From: Podarcis erhardii
Taxonomy: Eukaryota
DNA length: 64,000 nucleotides
Strand: one strand, 5' to 3'
Assembly: GCA_964252035.1 (NCBI GenBank)
Contig: OZ176200.1
This document shows positions 36,514 to 50,322 of the stretch, in pieces. The notes below the pieces were generated by a model. It saw only the letters and a program-made list of their open reading frames with translations, made no database searches and was not told where the DNA came from. Numbering within the stretch: position 1 is the first letter of the stretch; every line of letters starts with the position of its first letter. The translations under genes and the position numbers were made by a program.

Positions 36514-38079
36514 ATCTTCCCTCTTAGTTTACTGCATTATTGTACTGTTTGAGTTGCTATTAAAAACAGCACATTTATGACTACATTTTTTAAAAGAAAA
36601 CAAAAAAACAACAACAACCCTAGCCTTGTTTATTCCTAGGTTGTTTCATCAATAAAATCTGACATTTTTGCACGAAAGATGTTATGCTATAGGAATTAAC
36701 TCTTAGTCAATTGTAAATAATTGTATTATGCTGGAATGTTATCACCAAGATTAGAAATCATTTCCTGTGGAATCATGTTTTTGCTTCCTCAGCACTGTTC
36801 CAATCGAAGGGAATTTGAATGAGGTGGATCTCATTATGAACATAAAGTAGATGAAGCTTGAATAATTTTTATATTTATTTCCCATAGATGGCCATTCCAT
36901 TTCTTATCCTGTCTATCCAAATCTTATAAAATAAATTGTTCTAATCCATTCTTTGGAGAGAAGCAATGAATTTGTTTTTGCCGAAGCAAAGTAGCTGTAT
37001 ATATGCATAAAAAAATTGTTAACACAGTTATTTATACAAAGAAGTGGAGCTCCCTTACCTTTGATTTCATTTACATACTTCATTTGCCTTCTGACAAGTT
37101 CTTCTTTTTCCTCTTTTATTTATGTGCCAAAAATATGTCTTTTCAGATAAGTCAACCAAACCTTTAATGTATTGTATATTTTAAAACTACATAAAATGCA
37201 TTCACTCGATTTCCCCCCTGTCCCAAAAGCATTTGTTAAAGGTGATGCTATATCAAGATTAGACATATTTTACCACTGATAACAGTATAATGGCATTGTA
37301 TTTCTTAAATATTATGAACAAATAGATGTGTTCTATTTTAAAGTCTAATCTGACATTTACACTGAATTATCAAGCATTAAAAAAGAAACTTTATCACCAG
37401 AAAGTTAAAAATGTTGGCAGCCTGTCTTTTATAAATATAGACGTTGGAGCCCACTCCCTGAGAAAGAATTTGACCAATTTATTTTAAGTGCACAAAAGAT
37501 GTCAACAACCTAGCTGTGTTTCTGTTCAAACATGGAGAACATTCTCAGTTTCCCATAGGTAGTTCTTGGGTTGTAACTCATGTCATTCATCAGTGAAGGA
37601 AAAAGAGGCAGGATGTTGATATAATAGGGTCAAGCTCTGGAAATGCAAGTTTAACTCTTGCTTTCCCTCAGCAGCTCTTAGTTAACCAAAACATGGGTTT
37701 AATTTGCATAGCTCATCACTAAAGTATTAAACTCATTAAATACATTAGGCAGAAGAGTTGAATCTACTTCTCTCAAACAGTTATTTTAGATGATTAATTT
37801 AAGTATTATCCCTTCATATTTATAAAAGCTCAAAAGGAGAAATTGCCTTTCTAGTTTGGACAACATGCACTGGTAGACCTTCATAAATCCCCTGCTGGAT
37901 TGGTAATGGTGAGAGCAATGGGTGGGGGGTGGGCAGGGGCTACTGCCCTTGGTTGCAAAATCCACAGCCTGAGGATGAGTGTGTTGTTACTGTTGTTGGG
38001 TCAGTAAGCACACATGCAGCTCTCCTCAGATCATTGGAACTGTCAGTTTTCAATTGGAAGCTGATGCAATTTCACACAT

Positions 38080-38080
<1 letters not shown>

Positions 38081-38122
<42 letters not shown>
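38081..38122. repeat. (CA)n microsatellite
   Basis: Visible directly. Confidence 0.95.
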
Positions 38123-38129
<7 letters not shown>

Positions 38130-39383
38130 AAGCTGACTCCTTGCATATAATATAAGATGGCTGCTATAGATTTGTTTTTTTCAATATGTAAGAGCCACGA
38201 TGTGGAATTCCCTTGAATAGTAGGTGCAGACAGTTGACAGAAGGGAAGGAACAGGAAAAGTTAGAACAGATGGACCCAAATTTTATAATACATTTTTAGG
38301 TTCTGTTTTCCTCTGCTAGATGTAGCTATGCCTTCTTTATAGCTGCATCACAATAGCTACTCAGCTTCACATAATTTTTATCAGCCAAAGTCCTTCCAGA
38401 AAGTGTTTTCCTCATTCACTTCCTACTGATGAGTCATTTGGCAATTATCGTTTATCTATACCTGAGAAGTTCTGATTTGGCAGTACCTAAAAGACATCCT
38501 CTAGCCATAGAAAGTGTCTGTTGGAAGCAACACTCCTGGGGCAGAACAGAAACATAGCACTGCCACACTGAGGGTGCTGGCTTCATTTTTACTCAGTACC
38601 ACTTGGGTGACAGTACTAAAATCTTGGAGCACTGAGCATTTGTTCTCAGAGGGAATCACGGAGAGACAGTAGTTTGTCTTTTGGGGATTGCCAAACTTGC
38701 ATTCTCCTATTAGATAACTATCTAAATCCCAGCAGTGAAGAAGTGTGCAAAGAAAGATGGTCACGTGGGCCCTACTGGATTTCAAATTATTTTGTTTGTG
38801 TCTTGAAGAAATCTCCCCCTAAGGAATCTAAGCTTTCTTTGCCCTTTACCGTAATGGTGAAGTAAGCCTCTCTAGGATGGCGAGAGCAGTTGTTCAGGGT
38901 GGTATGACATTCTCCCTGATCTCTTTCTGACATGTATGCCTTTATCTTGCCAGAGGACAGAATGCAAGTGCATCCCTTGAGAAAGTTTTAAAAAGAATTG
39001 CTTTATTTGGCCAGATCAAGATCAAGCTCTTCATAGCAGTGGTCACCCCAGATGCCTCTAGAAAGCTCACAAGCAGAGCATGATGGTTAAAGCCATATCC
39101 TGCCATCATTTTTTGTCACCTATACCTTGCATTCAGAGTTTATCTACCTCCGAATATGGATGTTTAGCTGTCAAGGCTAATACATGATGATACAAACATT
39201 TTAAGTGTGCCCCTCTGATCTAGAGGTAGAGCTTTCCTTTTACTTTTTAAGAAGGAAGCCATTTCTTGCACTATTTAAATTTCAATTATAAAACTGTGTT
39301 TCAGGTCCACAAGGCTTGGACTGTACACTTTTTTTAACGTATGGCGATCTGCATTATGAAGTTTCTGAAGATACAAAAGAAAA

Positions 39384-39680
39384 NNNNNNNNNNNNNNNNN
39401 NNNNNNNNNNNNNNNNNNNNNNNNNNNNNNNNNNNNNNNNNNNNNNNNNNNNNNNNNNNNNNNNNNNNNNNNNNNNNNNNNNNNNNNNNNNNNNNNNNNN
39501 NNNNNNNNNNNNNNNNNNNNNNNNNNNNNNNNNNNNNNNNNNNNNNNNNNNNNNNNNNNNNNNNNNNNNNNNNNNNNNNNNNNNNNNNNNNNNNNNNNNN
39601 NNNNNNNNNNNNNNNNNNNNNNNNNNNNNNNNNNNNNNNNNNNNNNNNNNNNNNNNNNNNNNNNNNNNNNNNNNNNNNNN
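39384..39680. other. Assembly gap (297 N)
   Basis: Run of N. Confidence 1.
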
Positions 39681-40463
39681 ATGAGAAATTCACTTTCCAA
39701 CAAAAGGCTTTCTGTGTGAAATTGCCGTGGCTAACAAATCAGTAATACTAACTTCATATAAAAATAGCTCACCATGTAATCTTAAATGTGCTTAACCTTA
39801 CTTAAAGAACCAAGAGAAGCGAACTTAGCAGCTCTCTGACTAGAGGGCGATTGTACAGAATGTCTATGTTGGCAGGGTCTTTAAATAATGAAGAAATGTT
39901 TAGTTTAACTCTTGAATTAGCCTGCTGAGTCAGTATTTTCTTTGTGGCATCAAACATGGCACAATGGTGCACTTTGGTACAGCAAGGGATTAACCACTAC
40001 CCACTTTTCTTTAAGTAACTCCAGGGGGATACATTTGTTTTTCAGTGTGTGTCAATTGGTTCTGTTTACAGGTACAGAATGAATAAGACCACAAAAGAGA
40101 CAAAGTACTTCTAAAATGTTATCACCCTACAACATAAAGGGACTACCTTCATGTTGCATACCCCTTTATGTCACCTTGATCTTACATACGCTGTGAACTG
40201 TCACTTTCAAAGGGGGTGAACTGCAAATTGTGGTGTTGAAGTACAACCGCAGAAACTGACAGGAAAATAATTCCATCATGCGTCATTGGAAGAGTGTTGA
40301 CTTCATGCTTTCTCTCTTTTACCTCCCAGGAAAACACAAACATATACGCCTCTATTTCTGAAAATAGATTATTACTTGAGTTATTGTAAAATGGAGGGCC
40401 TGAGGTGAAGTTCAGAATCAGTGGATAGCCTTTCTGCAATGGGACTACCGTATGTATAGACCA

Positions 40464-40800
40464 GTAAAGGTAAAGGTACCTCTGACTGTTAGGTCCAGTC
40501 GTGGCCGACTCGGGTTGTGGCGCTCATCTTGCTTTACAGGCCGAGGGAGCCAGAGTTTGTCTGCAGACAGTTTTTCCGGGTCATGTGGCCAGCATGACTA
40601 AGCCACTCCTGGCGAACCAAAGCAGCGCACGGAAACGCCGTTTAGCTTCCCGCCGGAGCGGTACCTATTTATCTACTTGCACTTTGACGTGCTTTTGAAC
40701 TGCTAGGTTGTCAGGAGCAGGGACCAAACAACGGGAACTCACCATGTCGTGGGGGTTTGAACTGCCGACCTTTCGATTGGCAAGCCCTAGGCTCAGTGGT
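40464..40800 (-). mobile_element. Sauria/Squam1-type SINE
   Basis: (AAAGGT)n tail on the + strand; body GGTCATGTGGCCAGCATGACTAAGCC...GGTACCTATTTATCTACTTGCACT; B-box-like GGTTTGAACTG. The 5' head is slightly truncated. Confidence 0.9.
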
Positions 40801-41132
40801 AATAGAGTCCTGAACTGATAGACTGAGTTTTACTACTGCAGGAAGCATCAGGAGGGGAAAATGTTGTTGTGCTCAGATCTTGCTTGTGGTTTTAGAACAG
40901 GCATATGGTTGACCACTGTGATAACAAGTTACTGGACTACACGGACCACTGGTCTGATCCTGTAGGTTCTTACTATGTTTTATGTTTTTACAGGAAGGAA
41001 AATGAGTTTTTGAATATTTTCATATCTGGATTTGATACGTATCTGATTTAAGCCAGAAGTTCCTAAAAGCAAGGGCACTTTGCAGAAATAAAAGGGCAAG
41101 AGTGCTTATGTAATAGTTATTGGCATCTAAGG

Positions 41133-41212
41133 TTGCAATCCTAACTCTATTTACCTGAGAGTAAGCCCCATTGACTTAGTGGACTTCTGAGTAGACACCG
41201 TTAGGATTGCAA
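41133..41212. repeat. Short palindromic MITE-like element
   Basis: Perfect 13-bp TIR TTGCAATCCTAAC / GTTAGGATTGCAA. Confidence 0.6.
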
Positions 41213-44097
41213 TGTTGGTCAATGGAAGAATTCGCCTAGTGTGCCCTCTTATTTCTGCATGAGAATTTATATCAAAAACTTTCAGGCCTACTTTCAGTCC
41301 CATTCAGTTCTAATTCCTACTCAGTTTGCAGGTACTAAACACCTGACAGTATCAATGGGAATGCAAGAAACAGCCGGACTTTCTTGTTTCTGCACAGGCT
41401 GATCATACCCTCCACCCTATGTGTGATTGACAACAACCTGAAGGGGGCATCTTTGTTGTACACAGGGTTTTCTCCTCCGGGATGGGAATCCAAGGTCAAT
41501 CATAGGACAACTGAACACCCAGACAGGGGTAGTTTTAAGTGGGAAGCAGCTAAAAAGCTGAGATTGTTTTACATTGCCCACATTCTGACCAAACCTGGGA
41601 TACTGGGCCTAATTTTATCTCAAATGTATTTAAGAGTCATTCATTAAATTCAAAATAGTAATCAGGGTAATTAATCTGATACTAGTGTCCTTGGTTGCAA
41701 ATGACTTTGTTTCCTTACATTTATTTTATACCTACATTACTATATTTTCTTATGGAGTTACTTTACTTTAACCAATTTAACCTGCTTGTTCAATTTTCCT
41801 CCTTGCTAGTTTGCTTTATAAATTTTTTTTTCCAGCAATCTTGCTGGGGATTCTTGCAGAACATTTTAGACAGCCTCTTTTGGCATGGGTGCCCATATAT
41901 ATTCTATTTTTGTAGTGTTCATCTAGCATCATATATTTTTGCCATTTACTTTGCTTCTTCTGAAATAAAAAAAATAAAATAAAGTGTTAGAAACCCCAAA
42001 CTTTACTTTGAAAGCATTGTAATAAAAACATGACAGTTGGCAAAAGTTTGGATGCAAACTTTTTATTTCTCAATTTTTTTAAAGATCACAATACTGTAAA
42101 ATGTACCAAAGGCGGGAGAAGCTAACCAAAGAGAATACAACATTAACTTAGTTGTAGCTGGAAGTATGGAAATGCCCTTTAATCTTTGTAATTATGGGAG
42201 AGATCATTATGGAAATGTGGTCCATGCTGCTTAGAACCATGTTGTTGTTAAATGAAGAAGAAAAGTATACTTGGGTCCAAAGAGGCTTGGATGGAACTAT
42301 GCTCACCCAGTGAGCCTTTCCCACTCCTTCTTCACTGCAACTCCCAGTGTCTCCCAAAACTGTTTATAAGGGTTGGGAAACTCTCTGGAATGGCATGGAA
42401 TAGGGTGTGGGAGGAGGACAGAAGAAAAGAGAAGAAAAGAGAAGGCACTTCAATAAGATCAGCAATGCCTTCTACTTGGGAAGAGCAAGTATTTGGACTT
42501 GTCATTGTGCATTGCAACCTTAGGGCAATTACAGGTTGCTCGCCTTTGTATGTTTTAAAATTGTTGCTTGTTTCAAAAAAGAGTTCCAGCCAAAGAGAAT
42601 TATGTTCCCCTGCATTTAATGGGGCTCTTTCCCAGATGCATATGTATATGATTGCAACCCATTAGTGATTTAGTGGTGAGCTATATTAAACTGTGGCCCA
42701 CAAAGTTCTCTTAAGTTAGAGAAGAACTTGCTGAAGAAGCTTATGGAATTGTAAAATGTTATTTTCTGATGTATAAGCCTGACACCTGGAGGAGTCTAGA
42801 GTACTGCCTACAAACCCCAGCAGGGCAGATTGAATCTTATATTGCAGGATCCACAGACAATGACTCCAGCCTCCAGATGGTAGATTCTGCTTATTGGCTA
42901 AGCCTCTCTATCTGTCTGGTCATCAGTTGGCACAGACAACAGTATGCCAATTATATCACCTCGGAAACATATAGCAGTCTATTAATCATGTATACTTTGA
43001 AATGTACATTAACTCATAATTTCTGAAACTGGGCAATATCTTTGTCAATGGCATTATACATCCATAAATATCTTCCAATGAGAAGGAAAGTTTTTTTTAA
43101 TGGCCTGCTTATTATGTGGATGGAAACAGTAAGAGACAGTTGGTGTAGAAAATTAATGAACTAGAGTTTCATGGCTGGGTTTCACTCCAACCTACCTTAT
43201 GTTACCAGTTAAATGAGTTTGGGCACCTCACCGTCAGTCCTTAGGAGGTTTTTATGCATTTTACCAAATGTACGACAGAGCATATTATAGTTAAAGCACT
43301 AGTTCCCCCTCCCCCATACACATTTATAATTTGGGTTTTCATTACAAGAGACATTGCTTTAAAAAGGATTTCAAAGTAATACCACAAGTTCATACGGTCC
43401 AAGAACATACATGCACAAATATTATTACTTGTATATCAAGTGAGAATGATAAAATGTTCACCATTTCTCTTACAAAAACCCATTCTTAGTTGCTCCTGTT
43501 TGTGTTGCTGTCAGCATAAACCTTTATAGATAACATTATCAAATATAGAAAGTTATAGTCTTCCGAATATTTCAAATGTTCCTGAGAACATTCATATAAA
43601 TGTATGATTTATGTATATACATAAATGTCTAGCTGCTAACTGAAGTGACTTGCAAGAGGTATATTTTTTACATCTTACCTGTATTTTGTCTACTGTGGAG
43701 CACAAGGAAGTATCCTTTTCTTTGCAGAAATGGTTAGTTTGCTTGGGCTTCATAAAAGTTCCCACCTGTATTCAAACCCCCCTAACAAATTGTACTTTGC
43801 TGTCTCCAACTGTTGGCTGCGACACCTTCTGATTTATTTATTTTTTTATAACCTGGAATTGATATTTTTGGTGGCTTTTGCTTTTGGTTGTCAGCTTAAC
43901 CTGTGAGTCACATTGAGAGCCTGCAATGTGGTAATGTGTCATACAGGGCGCTAACAAGGTGTTGTATTTAGAATACAGGACGAGGACCAGGACATAAAGT
44001 TTCAAATCCCCAATCAACCATGATTCCACCGGGGCACCTTGTACCAGTTGCTGTGTATTTTAGCCTAATCTAGCTCACAAGGTTGTTGTGAGAGTAA

Positions 44098-44478
44098 GGA
44101 GGGACGTGGGTGGCACTGTGGTCTAAGCCACTGAACCCCTTGGGCTTACTGATTGGAAGGTCGGTGGTTTGAATTCGCATGACAGGGTGCGCTCCTGTTG
44201 CTCTGTTCCAGCTTCTGCCAACCTAGCAGTTTGAAAGCACGCCAGTGCAAGTGGGTAATGGGGTACCGCTGTGGTGGGAAGGTAAACGGTGTTTCCATGC
44301 GCTCAGGTTTCCGTCATGGTGTTCCGTTGCACCAGAAGTGGTTTAGTCATGCTGGCCACATGACCCAGAAAGCTGTCTTTGTACAAACACCGGCTCCCTC
44401 GGCCTGAAGTGAGATGAGCGCTGCACCCCTAGACGCCTTTGACTGGATTTAACTGTCCAGGGGTCCTTTACCTTACCT
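44098..44478 (+). mobile_element. Full-length Sauria/Squam1-type SINE inside an older SINE
   Basis: GGGACGTGGGTGGCACTGTGGTCTAAGCC head, (ACCTT)n tail, 12-bp TSD TTGTGAGAGTAA at 44086-44097 and 44479-44490. Confidence 0.9.
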
Positions 44479-45993
44479 TTGTGAGAGTAAAATATCAGGG
44501 TAGAGAATCCTGTGCATAGCGCTGATTGCTGAGTTTTAAAATATATGGGATGAATGGTAGATAAATACATATATTAAACAGCCCATTTTGCTGTACATTA
44601 CATGGCCAGAGAAACATTCATAGCATTCAACACATAGGAAATGGCATTTTCAGCAATGAAATGACATGGCAAAAAAGGCAGCAATTGTATACATGCTTAT
44701 CTTGATGTAAGTGCTGTTGAACTCTATGGCACTTACTTCTGAGTTGATGTGTATAGGATTGTGTTGTTAGAACGAAAGGAATTTATTACAACTGAGAACT
44801 AAAATACTACATTATAAGTTTTTTTATTTACTAAAAATAGTACATCAAGATATAAGGGAGACAATATGCAGAAATATAAAAATCACTATACACATTCACA
44901 TCTCTTTAGTTTGCATAGATAAATGTTCACACACACATATACGCATGTGTATGAATATATCTATAATCAGTGAAATGTTCCTTGATTTTCCACTTAAAAT
45001 ATCTGCCAGTGCATTGTATATACATGAGTTGTTAAACCATTTAGGGCTCCACCAAAGTAGCAGGGCATTAGATTTTCACCCATCCATCTGAAAACAATTA
45101 GGAGAAAATGCCACTTATCTTAAATATTATTTGTCAGATTTTCTTCATCCAACTAGGTAAATACAGATTTGCTGACATTTTGATGTACTATCATCAATCC
45201 ATGGCAAACCTAAGTGACTGGGCTTTGGCCCGTGAATAGCTTTTGTTTCTCTGTGACATTAAAATGTTTTAAAACATATGATAATAATGAATATTCAGAA
45301 TTAGTCATTCTTCAGTGTGTGCACAGTAGGTCATATGTCATAAGATCATGAGAATATTTATGGTACAATCAAGAGGTTTATAACTGCCTTGCAATAGAAT
45401 TTTGCACACAGTATCTGCTGTGTATGTGCTTGAAAGCAAATTTGCTATTTCATCCAGAACAATTATTTTTAGACAGTATAATAGACAAATACTTTCAAAA
45501 CAGCGTATTTCAACTTTTTAGCAATATCCTCAACACCTGTCTTTAAACGATGGTTCCACTACATGTCTCCAATTAATCTGAAGCACTCAACAAAAGCACA
45601 CATGGGTTACAATGTAACTGTAGGATTACATAAATTACAAAGCAAAAATTGAATGCTTTGCAATGGGTATTGATTATTCCTCTAATTACTCATTTCCTTT
45701 CTGTTTTCTTTGAAGCGTCATTGGTTTCATATCATACAGCATTACACAGCTAATGTAGGCAGCCTGGGACAAACTTTTTTTACGTCCTAAATTGAAAATA
45801 TGATCTTATATTGACTCTGTACTTTGTGACAGGTAGTTTTATTTTTCAAATTTGTTTCCCTATCCTGAAAAAAGAATTAGCCAGCAGAAATCAGAGAAAT
45901 CTTTGTGCAACAGATGTGATTTCTTCCTTACACCACAAGTTAGTCTGCACATCTTAATTCAGCCAAAATTTAATTTTATTAAACCTTTTGGAA

Positions 45994-46146
45994 TAGAATC
46001 ATAGAATTGTAGAGTTGGAAGGGACCATGAGGATCATCTAGTCTAACTCCCTGCAATGCAGGAATACGCAGCTGTCCCATATGGGGATCAAACCTGCTAC
46101 CTTGGTGTTATCAGCACAATGCTCTAACCAACTGAGCCATCTGGGC
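45994..46146 (-). mobile_element. tRNA-Ile-derived SINE with CR1-type 3' tail
   Basis: Minus strand reads GCCCAGATGGCTCAGTTGGTTAGAGCATTGTGCTGATAACACCAAGGTAGCAGGTTTGATCCCC (tRNA-Ile-like), then GGTCCCTTCCAACTCTACAATTCTATGATTCTA (CR1 tail). Confidence 0.75.
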
Positions 46147-46292
46147 TGACATCCTTATCCTTCTGGTAAGGCTAAGGGGACCTTCAGCTGGGAACAACAT
46201 TGCTTGGACTTCCCTGTCCTGAGAATTGTGATGGGAAATGGATAATTTGCTGCTGTATTAATGATGGCTCTTCTTTTTTTCCTCCATTCATG

Positions 46293-46388
46293 GCACTCAG
46301 TGGACCCAATGCTTTATTCTATCTTGTCTAAGAAATAGAAGCACTCACTGGACCCAATGCTTTATTCTATCTTGTCTAAGAAATAGAA
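46293..46388. repeat. 48-bp tandem duplication
   Basis: GCACTCA(G/C)TGGACCCAATGCTTTATTCTATCTTGTCTAAGAAATAGAA twice, one mismatch. Confidence 0.9.
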
Positions 46389-47419
46389 ATAGAAAAGGTA
46401 GTCATATTATTCACATCTACATTAGAAGATCTTGCTCCAGTTTTTGAGGGCTTTGAATATCAAAGGGTATTTGAAGTGTACTCTCCTCTCTCCCCCATCT
46501 CTGTCATTGTCTCCTGTAGAATCAACTGCAGTACAACCACAAGTATCTGATTCACCCATAGGATAGCCAAAACACTTATATAATCATAACTTCCAATAAA
46601 AATGGTGCTTCCTGAAAAAAATAAAAAACCTCACACTGGTACGTAGTGGCAGATAGAAGGGAGATAAGTAGGGATTTTATACAACAGCTGCTTGGCTGCC
46701 TTTCCCCCTTTCTCTAGTTTTATGAACATAAGTAATACCTCTTTTACTTGCAGATTAGTTGCAATTAAGGCTCAAACTCTATGGCACGTTATTTGGGAGT
46801 AAATCTCACTTAGCTCAGTGGAAGTTTCTTCTGATTAGTGTTGTTATAAATTATGCCTTGAATCCATCCTATTAGGTTTCTGGAAACGGAAGTGCTCTTC
46901 TCATTTGCAAATGGAACTGGGATCCAATGAAGGATCCAGTCACTGGAAGAGGAGAAGCTATGCTATCTAATTCCCCTTTCATCCTACACCCCCCCCCCCT
47001 TCACCACTTTTCATGCTGCTATGGAGGATTATTCAATTCTCTGGGGAGATTTTTTAGGAGCCACAATGGTCTGAAAAGGAAATGGTGAATCAGAAAGAGT
47101 CCCCTCCTCTCCTTAAACTGGCAGGAGCAAAACTCAGCTCTAGTGTTCCTGCTTCTAATGAACTTATATTTTTCTCCATGAAAACAAACAAACTTCTTTT
47201 AGAGGGATCAGAACAACATTAACGTTTAGTTGCACGAATTATAGACACCAAATGTTGAAATGTGTTTTATTCTCGTAGTGAACACTTTAGTATCTAAGGG
47301 TTCTTTTACACAAAATTGCAAAAATCGAAGAGGTAGGCATGTGGCAAGTATGGAAGGCAAATGCATTGCTAGTAAACACATTATTAGAATGGTGTGCTCT
47401 ATTTGAAAAGTGCATAGAG

Positions 47420-47743
47420 CAGAGGTCAGCAAACCTTTTCAGCAGGGAGCCGGTCCACTGTCCCTTAGACCTTGTGGGGGGCCAGACTATATTTTTTTTT
47501 GGGGGGGGATGAATGAATTCCTATGCTCCACAAATAACCCAGAGATGCATTTTAAATAAAAGCACACATTCTACTCATGTAAAAACACCAGGCAGGCCCC
47601 ACAAATAACCCAGAGATGCATTTTAAATAAAAGGACACATTCTACTCATGTAAAAACACGCTGATTCCCGGACCATCCGCGAGCCGGATTTAGAAGGCGA
47701 TTGGGCTGGATCCGCCCCCCGGGCCTTAGTTTGCCTACCCATG
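47420..47743. mobile_element. hAT (Charlie-like) MITE with an internal ~65-bp duplication
   Basis: Perfect 8-bp TSD GCATAGAG (47412-47419 and 47744-47751); TIR CAGAGGTCAGCAAAC / GTTTGCCTACCCATG; internal repeat CCACAAATAACCCAGAGATGCATTTTAAATAAAAG..ACACATTCTACTCATGTAAAAACAC twice. Confidence 0.88.
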
Positions 47744-49299
47744 GCATAGAGCATACATTTGGTTTTCTGGATAAATACCTAGGGTATCAGCCTGCCAAAG
47801 TTAAGTCTTTAATTCCCATTCATTTTAATGGCAGAGTTAAGCATGTGCTTAAAGTTACCCTATTAGAATAAGTGAAACAGCTTTGATGGGACTTAACTGA
47901 TTCCATAGACATCCTACTGAAAGTACAGGCGTGAACTAGAGAATTGCATTTGGTGCAACTCTAAGCTTGTTTACTTAGAAGTAAGTACTCCTAAATTCAG
48001 CGAGACTTAATCTTTAGATTGCAGCCTTATATCAGGAAAATGTCATTGTCCTAGCCATAAATCATTCAGTTATAGAAACCTAACATTTATTGCTAAAAGT
48101 TCAGTCATGTGATAACATTTCATAGGCTGTCATCATGCTAGCATGAGAATCAAACATTACCACCACCTGAACCTTTGTCCAGCTGAATTGCTACATACTA
48201 GATTGAAGGAGAGGAAGTGCAGAGGAGCAGCAAGGTCAGGGTGGTGCAAACACGCTGTCAGGAGTGCTAAACTGGCTTCACCAGCACATTTGCACCATGC
48301 TGACCTTGCCATGCCCCTTCTCTCACCATGTGCTGCAGTGACTCAGGCACACGAGGGTCTGGTGAGCAGTGCAACCCCACCATGCCATCCACCATTGATA
48401 ACACATAGTGCAATCTAAAGAGGTGAGCACCTTATAAAAACCCAGCGCATGCCATTTTAGGCACATGCTTTTGCCATTTCAGCCTAACTCTTAGATTGGG
48501 GTGTGAGCAGCTGTGGATATCATGTAGCTGTTATATTGCACTGTTTTGCTAGCATTTAGGATAATCATATATTTTTCATAGATCTTTAAAAACAACAAAA
48601 ACCATCACCAAGAACTTTAAGGATCATGGCTTGTTGTAATAAAGGCAATCAGAATCTTTCAACTGCCAGATTGTGTGGAGCTGAATATTTCTTATAATAT
48701 CAAGGGGTTAACATGTTTTTTTTCCCTGGAGTCTGACCTCATGTTTGAATTGTGATTCTAATGTTAATCATTGTAGGACACAGTTTCACACCTCATAAAT
48801 TCAGTCAGTGCTTAAGTAAACGGAAGATTCACAAATGCTTACATCACCTTGTATTCTCTCTCTTCCTCCTTCCCTTCCTCCTCCCTTCTCTTCTTTTCAA
48901 AGTTATGTCCTTGGTTTTATAAAACTGCCATGCAGAGCAGTCTGCCAGAAAGCTCTAAAAATAATAGCACAGACACTAGCATCAACAAATTGGCTACTTT
49001 GCTTTCAGTGATTCTGATGTTCAAATGCGAAGGTTTCTGGATCCAAATGCTGGAGGCGTTCTTTGAATATGTTAGCCCAGTTTACATGGATAATAAAGAA
49101 ATGGAAGATAACAGAGTTTTAGAAACTTTTCAAAATAATAATAATAAAAATCACTATCAACTTTAAATTAAACCAGCTGCAAGCACGTATTTGGGCTCAG
49201 CAAACATTTGACATTAAGAACTTAATTGCCTTTCAGGATCAAGATCTAGTCCAATATTTTATTTCCCAAAGTGACTAGCCAAATGCCTTTGGAAGCTCA

Positions 49300-49522
49300 G
49301 ATCAGATCAAAACTTTATTAGCAAGGCCAACAGGCCACAGCTATACAAGAATTAAAAATAAAAAGAAGAATAAAAAGAAGAAAAGAGCAGGCAAAAGGAG
49401 GTCCGTCAGATGAACAAGTCTGTCACTCAGATGGTGGCCCTCAATTTCACAGCTCTCTCGATGTACCTCGCGACCTTCTCTGTTATCTGACTATCCGTAT
49501 CAGATAAGAGAAAATACAGTGT
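49300..49522 (-). mobile_element. 5'-truncated Rex1/Babar- or RTE-X-like LINE fragment inside an old CR1
   Basis: TSD AATGC(C)TTTGGAAGCTCA at 49282-49299 and 49523-49539. Minus strand encodes LYFLLSDTDSQITEKVARYIERAVKLRATI*, followed by AATAAAG and a (TGATC)n tail. Clade assignment is from recalled C-terminal motif similarity. Confidence 0.65.
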
Positions 49523-50001
49523 AATGCTTTGGAAGCTCACAAGCAGGGCATGAGGATAATGGCCAAGTTGCCAGTCACCAATATTTGGCATTTAGACACG
49601 TTTCAACCTCTGTGCATAGAAGTTATGCTCAGAACTATCTCGGCAAATTGTCAGGCCTGTTTTGCATGAATTTGTCTAAAGCCATTTAAGCTAGTGGCAT
49701 CATATTCCATTCCAGCCATACGTTGATTAGGTGTTGTGGGTAGGTGTGGGTGTAGAGGTGTACAAGTCTTTGACTTCAGATATACAGAAATATGAAATAA
49801 CAGAACACACACACTTTTATATTTAAATCTAGTATCCGGAATATGCCAAAATTAATTGCATTTATAAATAGTTTCTGCTTGATATAAATGTAATAAAATG
49901 TTTAGAAAGTTTAATCTGTCAAATTTCCCATGGTTCTCCCATACTAAATTCTTATATATCATGAATTCAGAGACTTTTTGACTCTCTTTGCTGTCCCCTG
50001 G

Positions 50002-50191
50002 CAGAGGTGGATTTAGGGCAGTGCAACCAGTTTCGCTGTACTAGGTGCCAAGCCTAGGGGGCACCGCAGGGCATTGCAACTATGGTGCATAGTGAATTGA
50101 TCAGAAAAGAAGCTGAGAGGCATGGATGGGCGCCATATTTTGGCCTCGCACAGGGCGCCACTGAAATTTGAAATATCAAAGTCTGCTCCTG
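50002..50191. mobile_element. hAT (Tip100-like) MITE
   Basis: Termini CAGAGGTGGATTT / AAAGTCTGCTCCTG, flanked by a CCCCTGG direct repeat. Confidence 0.55.
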
Positions 50192-50322
50192 CCCCTGGCT
50201 GGCCTCAGAGGTGCCTCTTAACATTTTAAGCAATATTTTTTAGAAAAATCCTGCATTGATATTTCCAGTCATCCTTCCATTGGAAGCCCAAGATCCATTG
50301 AAGGAACTTTAAGATGAATAAA

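Noticed and set aside
37059-37120. Peptide-like EEKEELVRRQMKYVNEIK ending at an AAG|GTAAGG donor
   Set aside because: There is an in-frame TAA immediately upstream and no pyrimidine-rich acceptor.
39835-39853. CTCF-like TGACTAGAGGGCG
   Set aside because: It lacks the conserved CC at the 5' end of the core, so the match is weak.
40190-40255. 66-nt minus-strand pseudo-exon with a GTATGT donor
   Set aside because: Two open frames, neither recognisable, and no independent support.
45994-46146. Possible functional tRNA genes (Ile here, Asn at 7311)
   Set aside because: The stems are mismatched and each is fused directly to a CR1-derived tail, so they are SINE heads rather than tRNA genes.
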